Source of the DNA: Ignavibacteriota bacterium
Lineage (GTDB): Bacteria > Bacteroidota > Ignavibacteria > UBA10030
Direction of reading: 5' to 3'
NCBI GenBank assembly: GCA_963727825.1
Contig: CAVSHO010000009.1
Span: 640,001-704,000, forward strand
Length of the DNA stretch: 64,000 bases
How positions within the stretch are numbered: position 1 is the first letter of the stretch; every line of letters starts with the position of its first letter. A model generated the notes under the pieces. It was not told the origin of the DNA. It saw only the letters and a list, made by a program, of their open reading frames with translations, and did no database searches. The translations under genes were made by a program, and so were the position numbers. This document shows, piece by piece, positions 53,112-63,006 of this stretch.

Positions 53112-54782
53112 TTAACTTCTCAGCATTGCGCCCGTGTTGGCACTGGTCACAAAATGCGAATATCGCCGCAGCCATTTGCTTGTTGTGCGCGGTTTGAATT
53201 CCGGCAGAGATGCAATACGCGAACGGATTTCTTCATCGCTCAGGCGCACGTTCAATGTACGTGCATCCAGATCGATATCTATTGTGTCGCCTGCGCGTAA
53301 TGCAGCAATGGGACCGCCGCTTGCCGCCTCTGGTGAAACGTGTCCGATGCATGCGCCGCGCGTTCCGCCTGAAAAACGTCCATCAGTAATGAGCGCAACT
53401 TTATCTCCCAGTCCCATTCCCATAATAGTTGATGTGGGGGAAAGCATTTCTTGCATACCAGGTCCGCCGCGGGGTCCTTCATATCGGATCACGACAACAT
53501 CGCCAGCTTGAACCTTTCCGGCAAGAATGCCTGCCTGTGCATCTTCCTGACTATCAAAAATTTTCGCCGGACCGCTATGCTTACGCATGGAGGCAGAAAC
53601 ACCAGCAGTTTTGATAACCGCACCTTCGGGCGCAAGGTTTCCGAAAAGAATCGCCAGGCCGCCTTTTTGTGAATGTGGATTTTCTACTGAACGAATAACT
53701 TCTGCGTTCTTCACTTTTGCTTTTGCAATAATACTGCGCAATGTTTTTCCGCTCACGGTCAACCGATCAAGATGAAGCAGATCATCCTCTTTGCGTGTTA
53801 CTTCATGGAGAATTGCAGGAACGCCGCCTGCTTTGTGCAAATCTTCGATATGCCAGGGACCGGATGGACTGATTTTTGACAAATGCGGAATCCTATCAGC
53901 CACTTCATTGATACGCGAAAGCGGATAATCTATTCCGGCTTCGTTGCAGAATGCAAGCGTGTGCAGCACTGTGTTGGTACTTCCACCCATCGCCATATCC
54001 AATGCAAAAGCATCATCGATCGCGTCCTTGGTGACGATATCGCGGGGTCTGATGTTCTTTTCAATCAATTTCATGATTATTTTTCCTGCTTCCTTCGTGA
54101 GATCGTTCCGCTGTTTGCTTTTCGCAAGAGCTGTGCCGTTAAAGGGCAGCGCCAGTCCGATAACTTCTAAGAGACAGTTCATGGAGTTCGCTGTGAAAAG
54201 TCCCGAACAGGAACCGCAGGACGGGCAGGCAAATTTTTCAAGTATCTTTAATCGCTTTTCATCTATCGTACCGGATTTATACTCGCCGACTCCTTCAAAC
54301 ACGGAAATCAGATCGACTGTTTTGCCATCGGGGGTTTTTCCGGCTTTCATCGCTCCGCCAGTGACAAAAAAAGTGGGGATATTCGTACGGAGAGCGCCCA
54401 TGACCATACCGGGAACAATTTTATCGCAGTTTGGTATGCAAACCATGCCATCGAAAGCATGCGCCTCAATCATCGTTTCTACACAATCGGCAATTAGTTC
54501 ACGTGAAGGCAAGCTGTATTTCATTCCGACATGCCCCATCGCAATGCCATCGTCAACAGCGATTGTGTTAAACTCGAATGGTACACCACCAGCCGCGCGG
54601 ATAGCGTTCTTTACTAACTTTCCGAATGCCTGTAAGTGCACGTGGCCTGGCACGATATCCGTGTAGGAATTCGCAACAGCAATAAACGGCTTGCCAAAGT
54701 CTTCCTCTTTTACGCCAGTTGCTCGAAGAAGAGCCCGGTGCGGTGCTCGTTCAAAACCTTTTTTAATTTGATCGCTACGCAT
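53112..54782 (-). CDS. ilvD: Dihydroxy-acid dehydratase
   Basis: [25 protein letters not shown] and TDGRFSGG motifs. Confidence 0.97.
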   Translation of the reverse strand: MRSDQIKKGFERAPHRALLRATGVKEEDFGKPFIAVANSYTDIVPGHVHLQAFGKLVKNAIRAAGGVPFEFNTIAVDDGIAMGHVGMKYSLPSRELIADCVETMIEAHAFDGMVCIPNCDKIVPGMVMGALRTNIPTFFVTGGAMKAGKTPDGKTVDLISVFEGVGEYKSGTIDEKRLKILEKFACPSCGSCSGLFTANSMNCLLEVIGLALPFNGTALAKSKQRNDLTKEAGKIIMKLIEKNIRPRDIVTKDAIDDAFALDMAMGGSTNTVLHTLAFCNEAGIDYPLSRINEVADRIPHLSKISPSGPWHIEDLHKAGGVPAILHEVTRKEDDLLHLDRLTVSGKTLRSIIAKAKVKNAEVIRSVENPHSQKGGLAILFGNLAPEGAVIKTAGVSASMRKHSGPAKIFDSQEDAQAGILAGKVQAGDVVVIRYEGPRGGPGMQEMLSPTSTIMGMGLGDKVALITDGRFSGGTRGACIGHVSPEAASGGPIAALRAGDTIDIDLDARTLNVRLSDEEIRSRIASLPEFKPRTTSKWLRRYSHFVTSANTGAMLRS

Positions 54783-54824
54783 AATTCATTCCTTTCTGAC
54801 AAAAAATAACATACTTTTTCACCT

Positions 54825-54938
54825 GCCAGAGGCGAACGTTGCAAGACCTGAATTTGTTGGATACCGATTTCGGTGTGCTTCGTCAGCCTCTGGCTTTTCT
54901 CAGCCTACAATAATAAGGCTAAGTGTAAGCGCGAGGCT
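54825..54938 (-). promoter_or_regulatory. Attenuator-like structured leader of the ilvD superoperon
   Basis: Perfect 9-bp long-range stem GCCAGAGGC (54894-54886)/GCCTCTGGC (54833-54825). Two CTTAGCCT copies in the leader ORF can pair with AGGCTGAG (over the stop codon) or with GAGGCTGA (the 5' arm of the long stem). Confidence 0.7.
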
Positions 54939-55055
54939 AAGAATAAGAGTCAGTGGTACAATTACGACGCTAGTTGACAGAACAACCGTAGACACGACGC
55001 TTGCAGAAGCGGTGTTGCCTGTTAAAACGGGGGCGATATGGTTTTTCTGTTCCAC
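54900..55055 (-). CDS. Putative attenuation leader peptide (51 aa; Val/Leu/Ile/Thr-rich)
   Basis: GTG-started MEQKNHIAPVLTGNTASASVVSTVVLSTSVVIVPLTLILSLALTLSLIIVG*: 9 V, 9 L, 5 I, 6 T; ends 117 nt upstream of ilvD. Confidence 0.78.
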   Translation of the reverse strand: MEQKNHIAPVLTGNTASASVVSTVVLSTSVVIVPLTLILSLALTLSLIIVG

Positions 55056-55082
55056 TGTATTTGAGTAAATAAATTCTACTAT

Positions 55083-55111
55083 ACCATACGAAATTCTTTT
55101 CAGTTTGTCAA
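55083..55111 (-). promoter_or_regulatory. Putative sigma70 promoter for the leader peptide/ilvD operon
   Basis: TTGACA-N17-TATGGT on the minus strand, ending 27 nt upstream of the leader GTG. Confidence 0.55.
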
Positions 55112-55244
55112 GAGTTGGGTTGAAAAATTTTAATCTAAGTCTGAAGTTTACTGGAATTAAAGAGGCAAATGAGCTTTTTCCAAGCTCAGTGTGTGAAGGA
55201 GAAACGGGCTCCAGAAAGTATTTTTAATTACTAAGCAATAGCGG

Positions 55245-55625
55245 CTACACAATGCTTTTCTTTAACTTCTTTTTTTTACCCTTCTTGATGCATTGTGTGC
55301 AAAGTTCCGCAGTTGGATGCTTCTTGAAATGTGCTATCGAAATTCGTTTGCCGCAGGAGATACACACACCCAAACGGTTGATAGAAGAATTTCTCAGCGC
55401 ATCCTTAAGCTCTTTTTCTTCGGTTCCGTAAAGCAGCATTCGTTCGCACATAGCCGAAGGATTTGATTTGCAAGGTTGAATCGGTTGATCACAGAACGGA
55501 CAGATAAGATCTTTTCCATCTTTGAGTGAACTCACCCAAGAGAATTTTGACATTTTTTCCAAATTTCTATTGAGTGCTTTTACTAATATTTTTTTTCTCA
55601 TCTGACTATCTACTGTTTTTTTCAT
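55245..55625 (-). CDS. Atypical DksA/TraR C4 zinc-finger protein
   Basis: LKDALR....RLGVCISC-x17-CTQC matches the DksA/TraR C-x2-C-x17-C-x2-C spacing; extra N-terminal Cys cluster. Confidence 0.7.
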   Translation of the reverse strand: MKKTVDSQMRKKILVKALNRNLEKMSKFSWVSSLKDGKDLICPFCDQPIQPCKSNPSAMCERMLLYGTEEKELKDALRNSSINRLGVCISCGKRISIAHFKKHPTAELCTQCIKKGKKKKLKKSIV

Positions 55626-55670
55626 ACTGATTCTCTTTACCTAAGAACACAGGGAAAGAGTAATCAGTTC

Positions 55671-56669
55671 CTAAACGAGAAGTTTATAGCGGTTGAGCGC
55701 TTTCATATAATTTGCACGCTCGTAAGCAGAGGGTTCAGCAATAGATTTGTGGCTAAGACTTCCCTTCATCTGTTCGATGGATTCGTATTCATGTTCCTTC
55801 ATCCAACGCTCTACATCTTTTAATACTTTGCCGATATGCTCCTTGCCATGCATCAGCAATGCAGAACACATCATTGTTACATCTGCCCCTACCATCGTAA
55901 GCTTGAGCACATCTTCCGCAGTGTGAATCCCGCTTGTTGCCGCTAAACTTGCTTTCAATTTTCCATAGAGAATTCCAATCCAGCGCATTGACAAACGATT
56001 CGCGTACGAATCGCTTAACCCAACATCCGGCTTCACGTTTAATTCTTCGAGGTCAATATCGGGTTGATAGAAACGATTGAAGAGTACTAAACCATCCGCA
56101 CCTTCGCGCACAAGACTCTGTGCTATATTAGGAATAGAACTAAAGAACGGGCTCAATTTGATCGAGATAGGAATTTTTACTTTGCTGCGCAATTTCTTTA
56201 CCATGTCTGTGTACCGGTTTTCAACTTCTACACCAGACAATGTTCCCTCGGTTGGAATATAATAGATATTTAATTCCAACGCCGATGCATCCGCTTCTAC
56301 CATTTTCTTCGCATAATCTATCCAACCGCCTGGTGTGACACCATTGAGACTGGCTATGATAGGAATATTTAACTTATTTGATGCTTTTGCTACCAACTCC
56401 AAATATTCTTCTGGACCTAAATGATAATCGCCTGTATCAGGGAAATAGGAAAGCGCTTCCGCAAAACTTTCCGTACCATAGGTTTTATAATGATCTAATT
56501 CATCGGCTTCGTGCGTGATCTGTTCTTCAAACAGGGAGTGCATAACAATTGCCGACGCCCCCGCATCTTCAAGCCGTTGCATGGATTCCATCGAGCGCGA
56601 CAGTGGACTTGCCGAAACGACAAGAGGATTTTTTAATTTCATTCCAAGATAAGTTGTTGAAAGATCCAT
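55671..56669 (-). CDS. Dihydroorotate-dehydrogenase-like flavoprotein (nifJ-associated family)
   Basis: LSTTYLG..LKNPLVVSASPL, SLFEEQI, LVLFNRFYQPDID and AYERANYMK motifs. Confidence 0.88.
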   Translation of the reverse strand: MDLSTTYLGMKLKNPLVVSASPLSRSMESMQRLEDAGASAIVMHSLFEEQITHEADELDHYKTYGTESFAEALSYFPDTGDYHLGPEEYLELVAKASNKLNIPIIASLNGVTPGGWIDYAKKMVEADASALELNIYYIPTEGTLSGVEVENRYTDMVKKLRSKVKIPISIKLSPFFSSIPNIAQSLVREGADGLVLFNRFYQPDIDLEELNVKPDVGLSDSYANRLSMRWIGILYGKLKASLAATSGIHTAEDVLKLTMVGADVTMMCSALLMHGKEHIGKVLKDVERWMKEHEYESIEQMKGSLSHKSIAEPSAYERANYMKALNRYKLLV

Positions 56670-56727
56670 TGCATTTTACTCCTCATAATAATGAGACGAA
56701 GAAAAAACATCTACAAGAAAGATTCGG

Positions 56728-56756
56728 ATGCCACTCTGCAAAGTGCAAAGTGGCAT
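56728..56756 (-). terminator. Intergenic hairpin between nifJ and the DHOD-like gene
   Basis: ATGCCACT/AGTGGCAT stem extended by TGCA/TGCA; T-rich sequence follows on the minus strand. Confidence 0.4.
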
Positions 56757-56790
56757 GAATATTAATGATTTTTTTACAGAGCATTCCTTG

Positions 56791-59700
56791 CTAATTTGTT
56801 GCTGGGGTTTTTTCGTTACTACCCTCATGCGCAAACTGTTCGTAGATTGCCCAGCGGATCCTAACATCTTCTTCCGCCAGCTTCAGCAATTCTTTTGCGC
56901 GTTCCGGATCGCTTTTTGTCAACACATTAAAGCGTGTTTCCATAGAAGTAAAGTCAGAAAGCGCACTCTTTGGTGCTTTCGAATCAAGTTTAAATGGATT
57001 TTTGCCTTCTTTTATTAATTCTGGATTATATCGGAAGAGCGGGAAGTAACCTGTTTCGACTGCAACTTTTTGATCTATCATGCCGCGCGCCATATCGATA
57101 CCATGCGCTATGCAATGCGAATATGCGATAATGATAGATGGACCGTCGTATGCTTCTGCTTCTATGAATGCACGCACTGTCTGTGCATCATTTGCGCCCA
57201 TAGCTACGCGCGCCACATAGACGTTGTTGTACATCATCGCCATTAAACTGAGATCTTTCTTTGCTGTCGATTTACCAGCAGCTGCAAATTTTGCAACAGC
57301 AGCACGATTTGTCGACTTCGACATTTGACCGCCGGTATTCGAATATACTTCCGTATCGAGCACAAGCACATTTACATTTCTACCTGATGCGAGAACGTGA
57401 TCCAACCCGCCATAACCGATGTCGTATGCCCAGCCGTCGCCGCCCATTATCCAGATGCTTCGTTTTGCAAGGTTATCGGCAATAGTCAGTAGTCGCTTGG
57501 CTTCCGGTTTATTGATACCGACTAATTTATCTTTCAGAATCTTGACGCGTTCTCGTTGTTCATAGATTTCAGCTTCATTCTTTTGCACAGCTTCAATGAG
57601 TGCTGTGGCAAGATCAACACCGATATCGGTTGAAAGTTTTACAACGTACTCTTTTGCCATCTCGTTTAACTTGTCAGATGTTAAACGCATGCCGAGGCCG
57701 AATTCCGCATTGTCTTCAAATAATGAGTTTGACCACGCCGGCCCGCGTCCATCAATGTTCTGTGCCCACGGAGTCGTCGGCAAGTTGCCGCCAAAAATAG
57801 ATGTACAACCGGTGGCATTCGCAACTATCATGCGATCGCCAAACAATTGACTGGCTAATTTGATATATGGCGTCTCTCCGCAGCCAGAACATGCACCGCT
57901 GAACTCGAATAATGGACGGAGAAATTGTGATCCCTTTACTGTATCAACTTTCACATTGCGGCGGTCGACTTCAGGCAGACTGAGGAAGAATTCAAAGTTC
58001 GCTTTTTCTTGATCACGAATTGGTGGCTGGGGCTTCATATTGATTGCCTTTACCTTTGCTTCCTTCTTGCTCTTCGCCGGACAAAATTCTACACAGAGGT
58101 TGCATCCCGTGCAATCTTCCGGCGCTACTTGAACGGAGTATTTCATACCTTTGTACTCAGGTCCTTTGTAATCCATCGATTTGAAGTTTGCGGGGGCTGA
58201 TGCAAGCTTCGCTGGATCAAATACCTTTGTACGAATCGCCGCATGCGGGCATACAATTGCGCACTTGTTGCATTGGATACAAATATCCATTTCCCATACT
58301 GGTATTTCGAGCGCAATATTTCGCTTTTCCCATTGTGCAGAAGCTGTCGGGAATGTGCCGTCATTCGGCATTGCAGATACGGGAAGCTGGTCGCCATTAC
58401 CAGCGATAATTTTTGCCAGAACATTCTTGACAAAATCAGGCGCTTTATCAGAAACCGCTGGCGGCATCTCGATAGTGCTCGTCACGCTGGAAGGAATTTT
58501 TACCTCGTGGAGATTTGCGAGTGTCTGATCAACAGCTTGATAATTTTTCTCGACAACTGCTTCACCTTTTCTGCCGTATGTCTTTTGAATAGAATACTTA
58601 ATTGCTTTTATCGCCTCTTCTTTCGGCAAGACACCGGAGATGGCAAAGAAACAGGTTTGCATAATCGTATTTACGCGGCTACCCATGCCGGTTTTCTTCG
58701 CAACATCATATGCATCGATGACAAATAGTTTCATTTTTTTGTCAATGAGCTGTTTTTGAATATGGCGCGGCAGTTGATTCCAAACTTCATCTTTGCCGTA
58801 GATGCTGTTCAGCAAAAATGTGCTGCCGGGAATTGCCGCTTGCAGCACGTCGAACTTCTCGAGGAAAAACCATTGATGGCATGCGACAAAACTTGCGTGG
58901 TCGATGAGATAAATAGAATGAATCGGGCGCGGGCCAAAACGCAAATGCGATGTTGTGGTAGAACCGGACTTCTTTGAGTCGTACACAAAGTACCCTTGTG
59001 CGTAGTTTTCGGTATCCTCACCGATGATTTTAATAGAGTTCTTATTGGCACCAACTGTACCATCGGCACCTAGGCCATAGAAGATAGCTCGAACAACATC
59101 GTCTTTTTCAACGCTGAAGTTCGGATCACATTCCAAACTTGTGTGCGAGACATCATCAGTGATACCGACAGTAAAGTGGTTCTTAGGTTGCGGCTTTTTC
59201 ATCTCGTCGAAAACTGCTTTCACCATTGTCGGTGTAAATTCTTTTGAGGACAATCCATATCGTCCGCCGATGACGCGCGGCATGGATTTGAAAGGTGCCT
59301 TACCTGCGGACAGAGATTCATTCAATGCCGTGATGACATCAAGATACAGCGGCTCACCGACAGCGCCGGATTCTTTCGTGCGATCCAGAACTGCAATATT
59401 TTTAACCGATGCAGGCAGCGCCTTCACAAAATGTTCAATGGAGAATGGGCGAAATAAACGAACCTTAAGCAAACCGATCTTCTCGCCTTTTTCCATCAAA
59501 TATTCAACTGTTTCCTGTGCAGTCTCTGCGCCAGAGCCCATCATAATAATAACACGTTCGGCATCCGGTGCACCAACGTATTGGAACAATTTATATTCAC
59601 GTCCGACAAGTTTTGCAAATTTGTCCATCGCTTTTTGCACAATACCCGGCACTGCATTGGTGAACAGATTTGCAGCTTCGCGTGCCTGGAAAAATACATC

Positions 59701-60381
59701 GGGATTTTGCGCAGAGCCGCGAAGAACCGGATGATCCGGAGAAAGTGCGCGCGCGCGGTGTTTCTGAATTAACTCGTCATCGATCATAGCGCGAATATCG
59801 GCATCGCTCAATTGTTCTATTTTCATAACTTCATGAGATGTGCGGAAACCATCGAAGAAGTGGATGAACGGTATGCGCGATTCAAATGTTGACGCATAGG
59901 CAATAAGCGCAAGATCCATTGTCTCCTGCACCGAGTTTGAAGCAATCATTCCCCAACCGCATTGACGCGTTGCCATAACATCGCTGTGATCGCCAAAGAT
60001 TGAAAGTGCATGTGTTGCCAATGTGCGCGCAGCAATATGAAATACTGTTGAAGTCAATTCACCTGCAATTTTAAACATATTGGGAATCATCAACAGCAAT
60101 CCTTGCGAAGCTGTAAATGTGCAGGAAAGCGCTCCGGTTTGCAAAGCGCCATGCACAGCTCCGGCGGCGCCGCCTTCACTTTGCATTTCCACAACTTGCG
60201 GAACCGTGCCCCAAATATTTTTCCGTCCTTGTGCTGACCATTCATCTGCCCACTCGCCCATATTGGACGAAGGTGTAATGGGATAAATTGCAATGACCTC
60301 ATTCAGCTTATGAGCTACATAAGCAGCTGCTTCATTACCGTCAATAGTAACTTTTACTCGTCCATTCTTTGCGTCTGACAT
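56791..60381 (-). CDS. nifJ: Pyruvate:ferredoxin (flavodoxin) oxidoreductase, homodimeric
   Basis: YPITPSS, EMQSEGGAAG, two CxxCxxC ferredoxin motifs, GACSGCGETPY and GGDGWAYDIG. Confidence 0.97.
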   Translation of the reverse strand: MSDAKNGRVKVTIDGNEAAAYVAHKLNEVIAIYPITPSSNMGEWADEWSAQGRKNIWGTVPQVVEMQSEGGAAGAVHGALQTGALSCTFTASQGLLLMIPNMFKIAGELTSTVFHIAARTLATHALSIFGDHSDVMATRQCGWGMIASNSVQETMDLALIAYASTFESRIPFIHFFDGFRTSHEVMKIEQLSDADIRAMIDDELIQKHRARALSPDHPVLRGSAQNPDVFFQAREAANLFTNAVPGIVQKAMDKFAKLVGREYKLFQYVGAPDAERVIIMMGSGAETAQETVEYLMEKGEKIGLLKVRLFRPFSIEHFVKALPASVKNIAVLDRTKESGAVGEPLYLDVITALNESLSAGKAPFKSMPRVIGGRYGLSSKEFTPTMVKAVFDEMKKPQPKNHFTVGITDDVSHTSLECDPNFSVEKDDVVRAIFYGLGADGTVGANKNSIKIIGEDTENYAQGYFVYDSKKSGSTTTSHLRFGPRPIHSIYLIDHASFVACHQWFFLEKFDVLQAAIPGSTFLLNSIYGKDEVWNQLPRHIQKQLIDKKMKLFVIDAYDVAKKTGMGSRVNTIMQTCFFAISGVLPKEEAIKAIKYSIQKTYGRKGEAVVEKNYQAVDQTLANLHEVKIPSSVTSTIEMPPAVSDKAPDFVKNVLAKIIAGNGDQLPVSAMPNDGTFPTASAQWEKRNIALEIPVWEMDICIQCNKCAIVCPHAAIRTKVFDPAKLASAPANFKSMDYKGPEYKGMKYSVQVAPEDCTGCNLCVEFCPAKSKKEAKVKAINMKPQPPIRDQEKANFEFFLSLPEVDRRNVKVDTVKGSQFLRPLFEFSGACSGCGETPYIKLASQLFGDRMIVANATGCTSIFGGNLPTTPWAQNIDGRGPAWSNSLFEDNAEFGLGMRLTSDKLNEMAKEYVVKLSTDIGVDLATALIEAVQKNEAEIYEQRERVKILKDKLVGINKPEAKRLLTIADNLAKRSIWIMGGDGWAYDIGYGGLDHVLASGRNVNVLVLDTEVYSNTGGQMSKSTNRAAVAKFAAAGKSTAKKDLSLMAMMYNNVYVARVAMGANDAQTVRAFIEAEAYDGPSIIIAYSHCIAHGIDMARGMIDQKVAVETGYFPLFRYNPELIKEGKNPFKLDSKAPKSALSDFTSMETRFNVLTKSDPERAKELLKLAEEDVRIRWAIYEQFAHEGSNEKTPATN

Positions 60382-60435
60382 TGTATTTCTCTCTTCTCTA
60401 TATTATAGTTGATAAAAACATAGTCTATGTACTCA

Positions 60436-60451
60436 GGCAAGAATTGTTCCG
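60436..60451 (-). promoter_or_regulatory. Possible sigma54 (-24/-12) promoter upstream of nifJ
   Basis: Minus strand CGGAACAATTCTTGCC gives GG-N10-GC with TTGC, ~55 nt upstream of the ATG. Confidence 0.4.
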
Positions 60452-60715
60452 TCCTGCCAAGCCGTATTTGTATTGAAATTTCGCAAAATATGTCCACAAC
60501 TACAAATAGAATTCGCAGTTCTGCGAGATGGCAGCTTCAGGTTTGCAGAATTGGAAGAAAGGTTGTTTAAACTTTAAACCTAATATTAAACATAAATTAG
60601 AGGCGTTTCTTGAAGTATTCCACGATTCTTCGTTTCTGATGTCCTGGTTTGAAAGACGTCCTTCATTTAGATGAAATTGGAATTATGGATAGATGACGTC
60701 CACATACTCCCGTTA

Positions 60716-62338
60716 TTATTTTCCCCATTGTCCGATACTCGGAACAATGTCTATATCGGTTTTGAATTCTGATGTAAGATGAAACTCGATATCCGGAAAC
60801 ATCTCTCGTGCGGTATTGTAAGACCAGATTCCTTCAGCAAGAAAGACAGGATGATCATCTCTATCGTAAGCAATATGATAGTTCTGAAGGTCATGAAAGC
60901 GTTCAAGCTGTTCTTGGTTTGAAGATGTGAACCAAAATGCTTTATAGATATTCATCGATTGCATATCGCAATCCGCTCCATACTCGTGCAGCAATCTGAA
61001 TTTTATTACTTCAAATTGCATTTCGCCCACAGTACCAATGATTTTGACATTACCCTGCTGACGAACAAAAAGTTGCGCAACACCTTCATCAGTAAGCTGA
61101 TGAATGCCTTTGTCCATCTGTTTTGCTTTGAATGGATTTTTATTGACAAGCTGCCGGAAAACTTCCGGTGAAAATCTTGGAATACCTTTAAAAACAAGCT
61201 GCTCACCTTCTGTCAACGTATCACCGATCTTGAAAATACCTGTATCATACAATCCAACTACGTCGCCGGGCCACGCTTCATCGATAATACTTTTTTCATT
61301 TGCCATAAAACTTGTCGGTGTAGCAAAACGCACTTCTTTTTCCAACCGTGTATGAAGATAATATTTATTACGCTCAAACTTACCGGAACAAACCCGGCAA
61401 AAGGCAATACGATCCCGATGATGGGGATCGAGGTTGGCGTGAATTTTAAAAATAAATCCGCTGAAGGTTCCTTCCGTTGGCTCGATTTTCCTAATGTTCG
61501 TATCCCTTGGCTGCGGAGAAGGCGCAATTGCTACAAATGTATCCAGTAATTCTTTTACTCCAAAATTATTAATAGCGCTCCCGAAAAAAACAGGCGCAAG
61601 ATACGCATCGCGGTAATGTTGTTCATCGAACGGCTCAAACACCCCTTCAATTATTCCAACTTCCTCGCGAAGCTTCGCGGCAGAATCTGCTCCTATACTT
61701 TCATCAAGAAGCAGACTGTTAAGGTCGTCAATGGCAAATATATCATCCGAGATGCGTGTTTTGTTGGGAGAGAACAGCTTTAATTGTTTTTCGAACAAAC
61801 TATACACGCCTTGAAAACGGTTACCCATTCCGATAGGCCATGTGAGCGGCCTTGTATGAATGCCAAGTTCCCGTTCCAGTTCATCCAAAAGAGCAAACGG
61901 ATTGCGTCCTTCTCTATCTAATTTATTAATGAATACTATCACGGGTGTGCTTCGCATCCGGCAAACGTTCATGAGCTTTCGCGTTTGTTCTTCTACACCT
62001 TTTGCACAATCAATAACGAGGATAACACTGTCCACGGCAGTGAGTGTTCTATATGTATCTTCGGCAAAATCTTTATGACCCGGCGTATCTAAAATGTTGA
62101 CTTTATATCCGCTATATTCGAAACCCATCACAGAGGTTGCAACAGAAATACCGCGCTGCTTTTCAATTTCCATGAAGTCAGAAGTTGCGGTCTTCGTGAT
62201 CTTGTTGCTTTTTACTGCGCCAGCAGTGTGAATCGCCCCGCCGAATAAAAGTAATTTTTCTGTAAGCGTAGTTTTCCCCGCATCGGGGTGACTAATAATG
62301 GCAAATGTTCGGCGTCGTGTGAGTTCGTTTAGTTTCAT
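60716..62338 (-). CDS. prfC: Peptide chain release factor 3
   Basis: [29 protein letters not shown] and FKIHAN.DP.HRDR motifs. Confidence 0.97.
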   Translation of the reverse strand: MKLNELTRRRTFAIISHPDAGKTTLTEKLLLFGGAIHTAGAVKSNKITKTATSDFMEIEKQRGISVATSVMGFEYSGYKVNILDTPGHKDFAEDTYRTLTAVDSVILVIDCAKGVEEQTRKLMNVCRMRSTPVIVFINKLDREGRNPFALLDELERELGIHTRPLTWPIGMGNRFQGVYSLFEKQLKLFSPNKTRISDDIFAIDDLNSLLLDESIGADSAAKLREEVGIIEGVFEPFDEQHYRDAYLAPVFFGSAINNFGVKELLDTFVAIAPSPQPRDTNIRKIEPTEGTFSGFIFKIHANLDPHHRDRIAFCRVCSGKFERNKYYLHTRLEKEVRFATPTSFMANEKSIIDEAWPGDVVGLYDTGIFKIGDTLTEGEQLVFKGIPRFSPEVFRQLVNKNPFKAKQMDKGIHQLTDEGVAQLFVRQQGNVKIIGTVGEMQFEVIKFRLLHEYGADCDMQSMNIYKAFWFTSSNQEQLERFHDLQNYHIAYDRDDHPVFLAEGIWSYNTAREMFPDIEFHLTSEFKTDIDIVPSIGQWGK

Positions 62339-62532
62339 TTATGATTATTCTAAAATAAGAATCTTGGTTTGTCTACGTATAGAAAGCGAGGCAAGTATAA
62401 CGCCTCGTGGATAGAGAGGGGAAGCTACGGTGGAGTAAGCTTAATATAGATTGAAAACATAATCATTCTTTTGTAATATATGAAAAATTCAGGAAAGAGC
62501 CAATAGGTCTTTCGTCTCCATCTTTCATCATT

Positions 62533-62979
62533 TCAATCTTTCATCAGCATTGTTTCTGCCAATTCAGCTGCATCATGAACATACTTAGCGCATTTTAAGT
62601 CTCGAAAATTATTTTCTTTAAAAAATTGCTGGCCTTCTGGAGTTTGGAGATTGCAACCGAGAAGTTCCTTACAGGAGATGCTCCCGTGCTTGTCAATGAA
62701 CTGATCGGAGATTTCTCTCACGAGCTTATATGTCAAATCATTTGCAGCATTGTCTTCTCTTATTGTCTTGCCATATTTGCAGCCGATGAGAAAAATTGCC
62801 CCTGAAACTGCACCGCATACTTCTTGGCGGCGTCCCATTCCAGCACCAAATCCACATGAGACTTTAAGTGCAGTAGTTCGATCAATGCCAAATTCTTCTG
62901 CATAAGTTGAGAATACTGCTTGAGCACAATTAAATCCATTAATAAAAGTTTCTGCCGCCTGATCTGGTTTCGTGTTCAT
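62533..62979 (-). CDS. C_GCAxxG_C_C family putative redox-active protein
   Basis: FNCAQAV, GFGAGMG, VCGAVSG, SCKELLG and a terminal C. Confidence 0.88.
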   Translation of the reverse strand: MNTKPDQAAETFINGFNCAQAVFSTYAEEFGIDRTTALKVSCGFGAGMGRRQEVCGAVSGAIFLIGCKYGKTIREDNAANDLTYKLVREISDQFIDKHGSISCKELLGCNLQTPEGQQFFKENNFRDLKCAKYVHDAAELAETMLMKD

Positions 62980-63006
62980 TGATATATCCTTTAATGTGTT
63001 CGGGAA

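Noticed and set aside
53944-54666. 240-aa plus-strand ORF and similar long antisense ORFs (e.g. 47115-47717, 51316-51951, 59141-59734, 18907-19500, 37246-37758)
   Set aside because: They lie antisense to highly conserved genes (ilvD, gltB, ilvB, nifJ, actA, leuC) and have no recognisable motifs; these are shadow ORFs.
54783-55080. T-box or metabolite riboswitch upstream of ilvD
   Set aside because: There is no T-box GGTGGNACC motif or recognisable aptamer. The leader ORF with control codons explains the region better.
62386-62408. Hairpin GCGAGGC-N9-GCCTCGT upstream of prfC
   Set aside because: A single stem with a short T tail could be an ordinary terminator; there is no further evidence for a regulatory element.
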